NCBI RefSeq assembly: GCF_000008565.1
Contig: NC_001263.1
Location: 2,033,533-2,065,532, forward strand
Source of the DNA: Deinococcus radiodurans R1 = ATCC 13939 = DSM 20539
Lineage (GTDB): Bacteria; Deinococcota; Deinococci; Deinococcales; Deinococcaceae
Length of the DNA: 32,000 nucleotides
Direction: 5' to 3'
Position numbers and translations under genes: made by a program
Shown here: one piece after another, positions 1 through 10,388 of the stretch
How positions within the stretch are numbered: position 1 is the stretch's first letter
Layout: every line of letters starts with the position of its first letter
Notes under the pieces: model-generated
Databases searched by the model: none
What the model was told of the DNA's origin: nothing
Seen by the model: only the letters and a program-made list of their open reading frames with translations

Positions 1-909
1 CACCGCGAGACTGGTCCACTGGGCGTTGTTGATGAGGCCCGTTTCGGCGTTCAGCAACAGCCGGTGCTGCCCGGAAATGCGCTGCGGAGTCGCGTAGTAC
101 AGGTAGGTGCTCGACAGGGCGCCCCGGCTGAGCGCCTCGCCGGTCAGGTCGCTGGCGGTCGGTGCCTCGGTCGCCACGATGACCTGCCGGGCGTCTATCT
201 CGCCCGCGCTCGTCACGGCGGTTACGTAACCGGGCCGGGGCAGCAGCCGCGACACCCGCACGCCGGTCAGGAGATCGCTCCCCTGCGCGAGCTGCCGGCT
301 GAGTTCGCCCATGCCGCGCCGGGGAAGCGCCGCGCCGCCGTCCATCAGCATCCGGAAGTAGTAGCGAAACAGCCGCGCCGAGGTCGCCAGGTCACGCCGC
401 AGGAAAATGCCGCCGAAAAAGGGCCGGAAAAAATGGTCGAGCGCCGCTTCCGAAAAGCCCTGACCGCGCAGAAAGCTCTCGGTACTTTCGTCGGAACCAA
501 TCAGCAATTCGTGGGCGGCGGGCGTGCGGAGCGACGCAGCGAGACGTGCCACCCGCAGCTTGTCGCCCAGCGTCAGGGCGCCCGATTTCAGGGTGCTGGG
601 CAGACTGGCGAGGTCGTCGAGGGGGCTGCCGAGCACGTCCTCGCGTGCCCCGCGCCGCAGCGCCGCCGCCGAGGGCAGAGGCACGAGGTCGAGCGCGTCG
701 AGGTTCAGTTGCCGCCGCACCGCCGGATACGCAGGAAACAGCACCTGAAACCCGGCGTCGAGGGTAAAGCCCTCCAGCTCACGCGAGCGCACCCGGCCCC
801 CCACCTCGGGCGCTGCTTCCAGCACGCGCACCCGCCGCCCGGCCCGCGTGAGCACCCGCGCCGCCGTCAGGCCCGCAAGCCCGCCCCCGACCACCAGTCC
901 GTCCAACAT
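1..909 (-). CDS. NAD(P)/FAD-dependent oxidoreductase (amine-oxidase / phytoene-desaturase-like flavoprotein); N-terminal 303 codons, 3' end lies beyond the window
   Basis: Absent from the ORF track because it is open at the window edge. Reverse complement from the ATG at 909 reads [64 protein letters not shown]... This gives a GxGxxG Rossmann motif followed by an E..GGR motif. GC3 is high in this frame. The + strand ORF 64..948 is its Arg-rich shadow. Confidence 0.8.
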   Translation of the reverse strand, partial: MLDGLVVGGGLAGLTAARVLTRAGRRVRVLEAAPEVGGRVRSRELEGFTLDAGFQVLFPAYPAVRRQLNLDALDLVPLPSAAALRRGAREDVLGSPLDDLASLPSTLKSGALTLGDKLRVARLAASLRTPAAHELLIGSDESTESFLRGQGFSEAALDHFFRPFFGGIFLRRDLATSARLFRYYFRMLMDGGAALPRRGMGELSRQLAQGSDLLTGVRVSRLLPRPGYVTAVTSAGEIDARQVIVATEAPTASDLTGEALSRGALSSTYLYYATPQRISGQHRLLLNAETGLINNAQWTSLAV

Positions 910-995
910 GCGCCCCAGCATAAGAGGATCCCCGGTATCAAAGGATGAAGTGCAGGAGAATAGTTCTGTCAGAAGCGGGCCTTTACCCTGAGCCC

Positions 996-1184
996 ATGTT
1001 CGGTCGCCGCGTTCCCCCCAACGTCGTCTTCATGCTGAGTCTGCTGCTGGCGGTCGTGTGCGGCCTGATCTGTTACAAGGCCCTCAGCGTGAACAACATC
1101 GTGGGCGGCGTCATCGCGGGCCTCTTCGCCCTGTGGTTCGCGGTGGACGCGGTGCGCTCGTTCGGCTGGACGCGGCAGAAATAA
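996..1184 (+). CDS. small two-helix membrane protein, hypothetical
   Basis: ORF 945..1184. GC3 becomes high only from the internal ATG at 996 ([30 protein letters not shown]...[17 protein letters not shown]). Two hydrophobic helices. No clear SD. Confidence 0.5.
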   Translation: MFGRRVPPNVVFMLSLLLAVVCGLICYKALSVNNIVGGVIAGLFALWFAVDAVRSFGWTRQK

Positions 1185-1227
1185 ATTGGTGGGAGCGGCT
1201 CCGCTTTCCCGGTGCTAGCCTCGCCGC

Positions 1228-2619
1228 ATGACCGACAAGCTGGAACACCATGTGGCACGGGGCCTGGACGACCTGCGGGCGCTCGTCGCCCTGCCGAGCG
1301 TTTCGGCGCAGGGCCGGATGCTGCCCGAAACCGCCGACGCCGTGGCCGGGCTGCTGCGGGCCGAGGGCTTCGGCGTGCAGCAATTCCCCGGCACGGTGGC
1401 GCCGGTGCTGCTCGCCGAAGCGGGCGAGGGCCCCTTCACCCTGCTGATCTACAACCACTACGACGTGCAGCCCGAGGACCCGCTGGAACTGTGGGACACG
1501 CCGCCCTTCGAACTCACCGAGCGAGGCGGGCGGCTTTACGGACGTGGCGCCAGCGACGACAAGGGCGAACTCGCCTCGCGGCTGGCGGCGGTGCGGGCAG
1601 TGCGCGAGCAGCTCGGGCACCTGCCGGTCAAGATCAAGTGGCTGATCGAGGGCGAGGAAGAAGTCGGCAGCCCGACCCTGGAACGCTTCGTGGCCGAGCA
1701 CGCCGCCGAGTTGCAGGCCGACGGCTGCTGGTGGGAATTCGGCGGCATCAGCCCCGAGGGACGGCCCATTCTCTCGCTGGGGCTCAAGGGCGTGATGTGC
1801 CTGGAACTGCGCTGCCGGGTGGCCGACAGTGACCTCCACAGCAGCCTCGGGGCCGTGATTGACAACCCGCTCTACTGCCTCGCCCGCGCGGTCGCCAGCC
1901 TGCGCGACGAGCAGGGCAACGTCACCATCCCCGGCTTTTACGACGACGTGCGGGCGGCGAGCGGGGCCGACCGGCAGGCCATCGCGCAGATTCCCGGCGA
2001 CGGACAGGCGGTGCGCGACACCTTCGGGGTGAGGCGCCCGCTGGCGACGGGACCGGCGTACAACGAGCGGACCAACCTGCACCCGGTGGTCAACGTGAAC
2101 GGCTGGGGCGGCGGTTACCAGGGCGAGGGCAGCAAGACGGTGCTGCCGGGCGCGGGCTTCGTCAAGCTCGATTTCCGGCTGGTGCCCGACCAGGACCCGG
2201 CGCGCGTCCTCTCCCTGCTGCGTGAGCATCTGACGGCGCAGGGCCTGAGCGACATCGAAGTCGTGGAACTTGAAGCCCACCAGAAACCCGCCCGCGCCGA
2301 CGCCGGGCACCCCTTCGTGCAGGCGTGCGTGGCGGCTGCCCGCGCCGCGCACGGCCAGGACCCCATCGTTCACCCGTCGAGCGGCGCCAGCGGGCCGATG
2401 TTTCCCTTCACTGGCGGCGCCGGGGGCGGTGGCCTGGGGATTCCTTGCGTCGCCGTCGGCATCGGCAACCACGCCGGGCGGGTCCACGCGCCGAACGAGA
2501 ACATCGTGCGCGAGCATTTCGCCCGGGGCGTGGCGTTCGGGGTGGAGTTGCTGACGCGGCTGGGCGAGATGTCTCCCCCGGCGGGGGCACCGGCCTCCGG
2601 GGCAGAGGCAGGCCGCTAG
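1228..2619 (+). CDS. M20 family metallopeptidase (ArgE/DapE/ACY1/CPG2-type dipeptidase)
   Basis: 463 aa. Motifs LIYNHYDVQP, GRGASDDKG and EGEEEVGS are typical of M20 metal-binding and catalytic sites. The antisense ORF 1111..2754 is a shadow. Confidence 0.85.
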   Translation: MTDKLEHHVARGLDDLRALVALPSVSAQGRMLPETADAVAGLLRAEGFGVQQFPGTVAPVLLAEAGEGPFTLLIYNHYDVQPEDPLELWDTPPFELTERGGRLYGRGASDDKGELASRLAAVRAVREQLGHLPVKIKWLIEGEEEVGSPTLERFVAEHAAELQADGCWWEFGGISPEGRPILSLGLKGVMCLELRCRVADSDLHSSLGAVIDNPLYCLARAVASLRDEQGNVTIPGFYDDVRAASGADRQAIAQIPGDGQAVRDTFGVRRPLATGPAYNERTNLHPVVNVNGWGGGYQGEGSKTVLPGAGFVKLDFRLVPDQDPARVLSLLREHLTAQGLSDIEVVELEAHQKPARADAGHPFVQACVAAARAAHGQDPIVHPSSGASGPMFPFTGGAGGGGLGIPCVAVGIGNHAGRVHAPNENIVREHFARGVAFGVELLTRLGEMSPPAGAPASGAEAGR

Positions 2620-2629
2620 ACTGCGGGGC

Positions 2630-3106
2630 GTGTACACCTGGTTCGATGCCCTGCTCGTGACCCTGCTCGCCATCGTGACGGCGCTGGGGGCGCGGCGCGG
2701 GCTGGCCGGGCTGATCTGGGGGCTCGCGGCATTGCTGTTGTGCTTGCTGGTCAATGCGTTGACCCCGAACGCGGCCCTTGCAGCCTTGCTCGCCCTGCTG
2801 CTCAGCGGCGCGGCGGCCTACGCCACCGCCAGGATCGTCACCCGGCCTTACGCTCAGCCCTGGTTTCAGGTGGCGGGGGGCATGGGGGGCTTTTTGCTCG
2901 GCACGCTGCTCGTCTCGGCGCTGGCCCTGAGTTTCCCTATGGAACGGCAAAAGGGTCAGGTGAGCTACCCCTCGCGCGACCTGCCCGAGCCGCTGCACAG
3001 CGCGGTGCAGCAGTCGATCATTCAGCAGCGGCTGCGGGGCGTTTGGACCAGCAACCGGGCCGTACGGCTGTTGGTGGTGCCGGACCGCGCCCATCCTCAG
3101 CCCTGA
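2630..3106 (+). CDS. CvpA-like integral membrane protein
   Basis: GTG start. N-terminus VYTWFDALLVTLLAIVTALGARRGLAGLIWGL resembles CvpA family N-termini. 4 predicted TM helices. Confidence 0.55.
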   Translation: MYTWFDALLVTLLAIVTALGARRGLAGLIWGLAALLLCLLVNALTPNAALAALLALLLSGAAAYATARIVTRPYAQPWFQVAGGMGGFLLGTLLVSALALSFPMERQKGQVSYPSRDLPEPLHSAVQQSIIQQRLRGVWTSNRAVRLLVVPDRAHPQP

Positions 3107-3153
3107 AATCAACCGAGCCCGAAAGAAACAGCCGGCTGCACTACACTGGCCTG

Positions 3154-4194
3154 GTGCCCTCTTTTCTGTCTTTTCTTTCTGGCCGGGGCCCGCTCGTCGC
3201 TGCCGCTTTGCTGGCCCTGAGCGGTGCCCCGGCGCAGGCCCAGCTCTGGGAAACGCCGCAGACCACCGCCCGCCAGCCGCTGCTGCGGGGCGTCAGCGTG
3301 CAGCCGGGCGGCAAGGTGCTGCGGCTGGGCAGCACGACCCTCACCCTCGACGTGGTGGCGGGCCGGGTGGTCGGCGTGTTGATCGAAGGCCGCGACACGG
3401 CGAGCGTGGCCCGCGCCCTGGCCGCCGTCTGGGACAGCACCGCTGAGGGCGCCGCGTCCCTGCAACAGGCGTTTGCGCGCCCCGCCTTTCAAGACCGCGC
3501 CCGGCTCGGCAGCGTGCAGCCCAGCGATGAAAACGGCACGGACCTGCTGGCCATCCGGCTGACGGGCCGGGGCGCCGAGCAGCGCTGGCGGGTGTACGCG
3601 GCGGTGAACGTGCTGCCCGAGAGCGATTTTCCCGTCACCCGCAACGTGACCGGGCAAAGCAAGGCGCCCAACGTGATTCACGTCCTCAGCGATTTTCAGT
3701 GCCCGGCCTGCCGCCAGTTGTGGGCGGAGCAGATCCCGGGTTGGCGCGCGCAGCCGGCCAAATACCGCCTCTTCTACCATCATTTTCCGCTGAGCTACCA
3801 CGCCAACGCCTTTGCCGCCGCAGAGGCCAGCGAGTGCGCCGCCAAGCAGGGGCAATTCTGGACCTACGCCGACCGGCTGTTCGGCGGGGTCGAGGAGTGG
3901 GGCCGGGCGTCCGCGCCGCAGGCCACCAGGCTGTTCGGCACCTACGCGGGCAAGCTCAAGCTCGACCGCACCGCTTTCGACCGTTGCCTGAACACGCACC
4001 AGCTGAAAGCCAAGGTGCAACGCCAGATACAGGGTGCCGGAAAAACTTACCTACGCGGCACGCCCACTGTGTACCTCAACGGGGTCAAATTGAATTCCTT
4101 TAGCGATGAGGAACTCGCCAGCGTGCAGGCGGTGACCCGCGCCCAGCCCAGCGCCGCCAGCGTCATCGCCGCGCGTTTCAAGTCTTTCCGCTGA
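3154..4194 (+). CDS. DsbA-family thiol:disulfide oxidoreductase with N-terminal signal/lipobox-like leader
   Basis: Inside ORF 2740..4194. GTG at 3154 gives VPSFLSFLSGRGPLVAAALLALSGAPAQA (signal peptide). CPAC active-site motif in DFQCPACRQLW. C-terminal YLRGTPTVYLNG is typical of DsbA/thioredoxin folds. Confidence 0.8.
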   Translation: MPSFLSFLSGRGPLVAAALLALSGAPAQAQLWETPQTTARQPLLRGVSVQPGGKVLRLGSTTLTLDVVAGRVVGVLIEGRDTASVARALAAVWDSTAEGAASLQQAFARPAFQDRARLGSVQPSDENGTDLLAIRLTGRGAEQRWRVYAAVNVLPESDFPVTRNVTGQSKAPNVIHVLSDFQCPACRQLWAEQIPGWRAQPAKYRLFYHHFPLSYHANAFAAAEASECAAKQGQFWTYADRLFGGVEEWGRASAPQATRLFGTYAGKLKLDRTAFDRCLNTHQLKAKVQRQIQGAGKTYLRGTPTVYLNGVKLNSFSDEELASVQAVTRAQPSAASVIAARFKSFR

Positions 4195-4203
4195 GCGTGA
4201 CCA

Positions 4204-4235
4204 AAGAAAACCCCCGCGCCGGGCGGGGGATATTC
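4204..4235. terminator. bidirectional rho-independent terminator (dsbA-like gene on +, tRNA-Lys on -)
   Basis: Stem CCCCCGC (4211-4217) / GCGGGGG (4223-4229). It is flanked by an A-run upstream and ATATTCT downstream. On the minus strand the hairpin is followed by TTTTCTTT. Confidence 0.65.
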
Positions 4236-4310
<75 letters not shown>

Positions 4311-4341
4311 AGGAGGACAGGCCGCCGAAGCAGCGAGGGGG

Positions 4342-4370
4342 AAGATAGCACCTGTGACCGGGCAGCGCAA
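4342..4370 (-). promoter_or_regulatory. candidate sigma-70-type promoter for tRNA-Lys
   Basis: Minus strand TTGCGC - 17 nt - TATCTT, about 30 nt upstream of the tRNA 5' end. Confidence 0.35.
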
Positions 4371-4394
4371 GGCGGCGCGGGCCAGTGGGCCCCG

Positions 4395-4694
4395 TCAGCG
4401 CCGCTTGCGCAGAAAGTTGAGCCAGCCGGCCTTCTCGGGCGCAGCGGCGGGGGCCATGTCTTCCAGCGAGATTTCAGGGTCGGGATGCGGCGCCGTCTGC
4501 CAGATCTCACCCACCGCAATCAGCCCACCGTAGCGGCCCGCCGCGTACAGGGCGTGTCTCTCTTCTTCCTCCGGCGTGTCGGCGCGAGGGTCGGCCATCG
4601 CCTGCAACATGGAGCGCAGGCTGTCGTCCTCGCAGTCCCAGCAGCCCTGGGAAAAACTGGCTTCGATGCCGTAAATGCGGATTCTGACAGGCAT
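4395..4694 (-). CDS. hypothetical protein (99 aa)
   Basis: Inside ORF 4395..4790. ATG at 4694 is preceded by GGAGGG. MPVRIRIYGIEASFSQGCWDCEDDSLRSMLQAMADPRADTPEEEERHALYAAGRYGG... Coding-like GC3. No family recognised. Confidence 0.55.
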   Translation of the reverse strand: MPVRIRIYGIEASFSQGCWDCEDDSLRSMLQAMADPRADTPEEEERHALYAAGRYGGLIAVGEIWQTAPHPDPEISLEDMAPAAAPEKAGWLNFLRKRR

Positions 4695-4855
4695 GGACCC
4701 TCCGTGAAATGAACAGGGACAGGCGCGGATTCGCGGGGTAGGCCATCGATTGACCGGGCCACGAGTAGATTGTCGAGCGGCCCCCAGCATAGCGCGGTGA
4801 CCGCCTCCCGCAGAAGGTGCTGTTTATTTTTATTTTTGCCCCCAGCGCTCCCGTG

Positions 4856-5452
<597 letters not shown>

Positions 5453-5537
5453 ACTTCAGAGTGTAACGGGCGGGGCCGGCGTCCAGAAAAAACCTGTTCC
5501 CGGTTCATTTTTGTGCTGCCGCGTCCTGGTCAGCAGG

Positions 5538-5543
5538 TATAAG
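5538..5543 (+). promoter_or_regulatory. candidate -10 box (TATAAG) 8 nt upstream of the epimerase ATG, implying a leaderless or near-leaderless mRNA
   Basis: TATAAG at 5538-5543, ATG at 5552. No room for a spaced SD. Leaderless mRNAs are frequent in Deinococcus (established knowledge). Confidence 0.3.
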
Positions 5544-5551
5544 CTGAGGCC

Positions 5552-6016
5552 ATGCTCCTCGACCACGTCGCCATCGCCACCCCCGATCTGGATCAGGGCG
5601 CCGCACCTTATGTCGCGCTCGGCCTGCGCCCCGAAGGCCCCGACGAAGACGTGGGAACTCAGGGTGTGCGGGTCCGCGCCTTCGTGGTGGGCGACACCTT
5701 GATCGAGCTGCTGATGCCCACCCGGCCCGACAGCCCCATTGCCGGCTTTCTGGAGAAAAAAGGTCCCGGCCTGCACCACACCGCCTACCGAGTCGAGCAC
5801 CTCGACGCCGAAATCGAGCGGCTGCGCGGAGAAGGCGCCCGCTTCCTCTCCGAAACGCCTGGGCCGGGCCGCGCCGGCACCCGCGTGGTCTTTTTGCACC
5901 CCAAATGGGGTCAGGGGACGCTGATCGAACTCGTAGAGCATCCCACCGGGCATCCCGCAGGTGATCACGGCGCACACGGTCAGGACAGCACGGCCCAGAA
6001 CGGCGCGGCGCGTTGA
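5552..6016 (+). CDS. methylmalonyl-CoA epimerase / VOC (glyoxalase-fold) family protein
   Basis: 154 aa. LDHVAIA...IELL.P...[20 protein letters not shown].....E...L...G......P..G..G..V.FLHPK...G.LIELVE matches the epimerase pattern. Confidence 0.8.
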   Translation: MLLDHVAIATPDLDQGAAPYVALGLRPEGPDEDVGTQGVRVRAFVVGDTLIELLMPTRPDSPIAGFLEKKGPGLHHTAYRVEHLDAEIERLRGEGARFLSETPGPGRAGTRVVFLHPKWGQGTLIELVEHPTGHPAGDHGAHGQDSTAQNGAAR

Positions 6017-6378
6017 ACCGCCGCCCTCCCCAACGGCGCTGGTGGCTGCCCGCGCTGGTGCTGCTGGCGGTCATCTGGGTGCTGAGCAGTTCGCCCGATA
6101 CGCCAGGGCCGCCGCTCGTTCACCCGCTCGACTGGCTGGCCCATTTCCTGACTTATCTCGCGCTGGGCTTTTGCCTGGGCCGCGCCACCGGGCGCCCGCT
6201 GACGGCGCTGGTGCTCGCCGTGTGGTGGGGCGCGCTCGACGAGGTTCACCAGGCGTTCGTGCCGGGGCGCGAGGCGGGACTCGCCGACTGGGTGTTCGAC
6301 CTGCTCGGCGCGTTCGTCGGCGTGACCCTCGCCGGGCGACGCCGTGCCTTGCCTGACGAGGAAGTGCCGGAGCCTTAA
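6013..6378 (+). CDS. VanZ-like family membrane protein
   Basis: TTG start overlapping the upstream stop (TTGA). TM helices plus LDEVHQAFVPGREAGLADWVFDLLGA, typical of VanZ. Confidence 0.7.
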   Translation: MNRRPPQRRWWLPALVLLAVIWVLSSSPDTPGPPLVHPLDWLAHFLTYLALGFCLGRATGRPLTALVLAVWWGALDEVHQAFVPGREAGLADWVFDLLGAFVGVTLAGRRRALPDEEVPEP

Positions 6379-6390
6379 CCCTTTCTCCTT

Positions 6391-6753
6391 TCAGCGTCCA
6401 GCGCGGTAAACCCACCACGCCAGCAGCGGTTGCAGGGGCAGGCGGGCCAGCAGCGCCCAGCGCGGCAGGGGCCGGTACTGCTCGGGGTGGCGCGCCATGT
6501 AAATGTTTGCCGGAAAAACTGCCACGAGCAGCGCGATCAGGCCCCAGCGGGCAGCGGGCCGGGTGGTGGGCAGCAGCAGGCCCAGCCCACCCGCGATTTC
6601 GGCGGCCCCGCTGACCAGGGTGGCCGTGCGCGGGCTCATCGGCACTGAGGGCGGCACGATGCGGTCGAACGGCTCAGGGTGGGTGAAATGGCGAATCCCG
6701 ATGGCGGTAAAGGCCAGCGCGAGGGGCAGGGCGGAGCGGTCTGAAGGCTTCAC
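6391..6753 (-). CDS. DoxX-like family membrane protein
   Basis: 120 aa, GTG start. HF..P..F..IVP......R....VSG..EI.GG.GLL pattern, 3-4 TM helices. Confidence 0.6.
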   Translation of the reverse strand: MKPSDRSALPLALAFTAIGIRHFTHPEPFDRIVPPSVPMSPRTATLVSGAAEIAGGLGLLLPTTRPAARWGLIALLVAVFPANIYMARHPEQYRPLPRWALLARLPLQPLLAWWVYRAGR

Positions 6754-6838
6754 GTCTCCATCCTGCGCCCGGCGCGCCTGAGCTTTTGCCCCGGCCTTGC
6801 TCAGTGCTGCCCGGCTCCGGGGCGTATCCTGACCGGCG

Positions 6839-8214
<1,376 letters not shown>

Positions 8215-8218
<4 letters not shown>

Positions 8219-8805
8219 CCCTGCGCCTCGCTTTCCTCGCCTCGCACGGGGGCAGCGCGGCGCGGGCTCTGGTGCAGGCGTGCCGCGCCGGAGAGCTGGA
8301 CGCCGAGCCGCTGGCCCTGGCGAGCAACAACAGCCGTTCCCCGGCGCTCGCCTGGGCGCGGGAAGCGGGGCTGCGAACCGCGCACCTCAGCAGCGCCACA
8401 TCCCCCGACCCTGACGCGCTCGACGCGGCCATCCATGACTTTCTGGTGGGTTCGGGGGCCGACACGCTGGTCCTGAGCGGCTACATGAAAGCACTCGGGC
8501 CACGCACGCTGGGCGCCTTCGCCGGGCGGGTGCTCAACATCCACCCCAGCCTGCTCCCCCGGCACGGCGGGCGCGGGCTGTACGGCGACCGAGTCCACGA
8601 GTCGGTGCTGGCGGCGGGCGACCCCGAATCCGGCGCGACGGTGCACCTCGTCACGGCGGGCATCGACGAGGGGCCGGTGCTGGAGCAGGTGCGGGTGCCG
8701 GTGCTGCCCGGCGACACGCTGGACACCCTCAAGGCCCGCGTGCAGGCCGAGGAAGCGGCGCTGATGCTGCGGGCGGTGCAGAGCCTCGCGGCGCGGCACG
8801 GCTAA
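8215..8805 (+). CDS. purN: phosphoribosylglycinamide formyltransferase PurN
   Basis: TTG start overlapping the upstream [15 protein letters not shown]..., ATVHLV....[10 protein letters not shown]...DT...L..RV are hallmark PurN motifs. Confidence 0.85.
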
Positions 8806-8908
8806 AGCATTTGACAGAAAAAGACACCCTCACCCCTGCCTTCGGCAGGCCCTCTCCCATCAAGGTAGAGGGTCAAAAATGCAGGGCATTCTTTTGTCAA
8901 ATGCTCTA
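8805..8908. repeat. MITE-like small non-coding repeat (SNR-type), about 100 bp, with terminal inverted repeats and flanking TA
   Basis: TA-AAGCATTTGACAGAAAAAGA ... (internal hairpins CCTGCC-TTCG-GCAGG and CCCTCT..AGAGGG) ... TCTTTTGTCAAATGCTC-TA. The termini are reverse complements of each other (GAGCATTTGACA). It starts inside the purN stop codon. Confidence 0.65.
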
Positions 8909-8928
8909 ACATCCAGCATTCAGAGGCG

Positions 8929-8962
8929 GAAGGTGGCTCCCGGCTGCCTTCCATTTTTATTG
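8929..8962 (+). terminator. hairpin plus T-run downstream of purN / convergent gene end
   Basis: GGAAGG..(13 nt)..CCTTCC followed by ATTTTTATT. Confidence 0.45.
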
Positions 8963-9667
8963 CTCTCCGGTGTCTGGCGCCCTGTACTCGATTTCACGGC
9001 GGTGAATATAGGTTTTCTCGCTGCCGGGCCGGTTGCTGGACGCCTCGATTCTCATTTCGGTCCAGTGGCCGTAGTCGTCGTCCTGGTAAGTGGTGCGGCT
9101 GACCTCGCAGATGTCGTCGAGATTGCTGTAGGACTCGTTGTAGACTTCGCGGCCCGCCGCGTCGTATTCGCGCAGTTCGATGGTGATCAGGCCATCCGGG
9201 TAGGACGACGTGACCTCCTCGCGGCGCACGCCGCCTTCCTGCGGGGGCTGGGGCAGCACGGTGCTTTCCACCCAGCCCAGGTCGCCGTCCGATACTTGCT
9301 CATAGACGCTGGCCGACACCAGCTGCTCGCCGTCGAACACCCGCTGCGCCACCTCGCGCAGGGCGTGGCGGGGGCCTTCTTCCTCGCGCACCGGGCGCCC
9401 GGCCTCGTCGAAGTGGGTGAGGTGGACCCAGGTGTCGGGGGCCTGCTCCTCATGCGGCGTGTAGGAAAGGGTCAGCGTCCGCGCCCCGGGGTCGGCCCAC
9501 TCGTAGCTCGTCAGGCGGGGGAAGCGCTGAATCAGGCTCAGGCCGTCGGCGGCCCACTCCACCGTGCGGGTTTCGGCAGGCGCGTGGGTCACGATGCGGC
9601 GCACCGGCCCCGTTTCACCGAGGTCATGGTGGCGGCGCAGGGCGGCAAGGGGTCCAGGAGCAGGCAT
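8957..9667 (-). CDS. hypothetical protein (236 aa) with YD-repeat-like motifs
   Basis: Inside ORF 8957..9826. The ATG at 9667 (MPAPGPLAALRRHH...) is the first start outside the IS element. Contains HFDEAGRPV and LREYDAAGREVY, reminiscent of YD/RHS-type repeats. High GC3. Confidence 0.6.
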   Translation of the reverse strand: MPAPGPLAALRRHHDLGETGPVRRIVTHAPAETRTVEWAADGLSLIQRFPRLTSYEWADPGARTLTLSYTPHEEQAPDTWVHLTHFDEAGRPVREEEGPRHALREVAQRVFDGEQLVSASVYEQVSDGDLGWVESTVLPQPPQEGGVRREEVTSSYPDGLITIELREYDAAGREVYNESYSNLDDICEVSRTTYQDDDYGHWTEMRIEASSNRPGSEKTYIHRREIEYRAPDTGEQ

Positions 9668-9695
9668 GGCCCCACTTTGCCCGCCGGCGCGTGTC

Positions 9696-10388
9696 CTATT
9701 GATCGCGGCGTAGATTTGAGTCGATAAGTCGTTGAGGCAGTTCGATATACCGAAGGCGCTGCCACGCGCTGACCAGTCGCCCTTTGAGTTCAACGATCGA
9801 ACGCGCACAGAAATTCCCCAACGCATTCCGCTTCACGTATGCCCACACCAGCTCAATCGGGTTCAATTCCGGGGCGTACGGCGGTAGAAACACCAGTGAG
9901 AGGCGTTCGTGGGTCTCCACGAACGCCTGAGTGGCTTTAGATCGATGAATGCCCGCGTTGTCCAGCACTACCACAAGCTCCCCTTGGATGTGCCGCAGGA
10001 GGTGTCGAAAGAACTGAGTGACATCCGTACTCCGAATCGCTCCAGATCTTGTGTTTTGGAAGAATCGTCCGTCCGAGGTTATTGCCCCGATGGTGGAGAG
10101 CTTCTCCCAATTCGCCGGAAGCTTGACCAGGGGCGTCACGCCCCTGGTTCCCCAAGTCCGCCTTCGCACGCCTTTCAGCGAGAAGCCGACCTCATCCAGA
10201 TACACTAGGATTGCGCCCTCAGCGACCTTTTTTTTCCAACTCCGGTGCAACCTGTTCTTTCCAGGATGCGATCCGAAGTTCGTTGCGCTCGGCCGCTCGG
10301 CCATCTGGCATCTGGGGCGTAAACCCCAAGCGTCTGAGAATCTTCCGCACGTGGTCGTGGTGGTACCACACGTCAAAGTGCCGCCCAA
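9696..10388 (-). CDS. IS630-family transposase, DDE catalytic part (orfB)
   Basis: Contains LDEVGF (D), VVLDNAGIHRS (D) and LPPYAPELNPIELVW (E), the DD35E signature of IS630/Tc1. The productive part begins at the A8 run (10228-10235). The stop TAG uses the flanking target TA. Confidence 0.8.
   Translation of the reverse strand: MGGTLTCGTTTTTCGRFSDAWGLRPRCQMAERPSATNFGSHPGKNRLHRSWKKKVAEGAILVYLDEVGFSLKGVRRRTWGTRGVTPLVKLPANWEKLSTIGAITSDGRFFQNTRSGAIRSTDVTQFFRHLLRHIQGELVVVLDNAGIHRSKATQAFVETHERLSLVFLPPYAPELNPIELVWAYVKRNALGNFCARSIVELKGRLVSAWQRLRYIELPQRLIDSNLRRDQ

Noticed and set aside
220-231. Perfect 12-bp palindrome GGTTACGTAACC. Considered as a regulator site, or as an RDRM-like radiation/desiccation response motif.
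   Set aside because: It lies in the middle of the oxidoreductase CDS, not in a promoter. It is shorter than the ~17-bp RDRM palindrome as I remember it and does not match it. I saw no convincing RDRM elsewhere in the intergenic regions.
64-948. 294-aa + strand ORF, and similar very long ORFs in the track: 1111..2754 -, 6674..8182 -, 10875..12077 -, 12235..13176 +, 12921..14039 +, 14052..16331 +, 17381..19711 -, 21823..22992 +, 23185..24570 +, 24927..25961 +, 26075..27088 +, 28400..29956 +, 30582..31295 -.
   Set aside because: All are Arg/Ala/Gly/Pro-rich with poor third-position GC. Each lies antisense or out of frame to a gene with clear family motifs. These are typical stop-poor shadow frames of high-GC DNA.
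945-995. ATG at 945 as the start of the small membrane protein. Also the upstream starts offered by the ORF track for the ParA-like gene (21801), glnN (16481), nusG (28063), rpmG (28533), the DsbA-like gene (2740) and the 8957..9826 ORF.
   Set aside because: The upstream extensions have non-coding-like codon composition and lack SDs. The internal starts have GGAGG/AGGAG boxes or match family N-termini. The 9826 start would run into the IS630 terminus.
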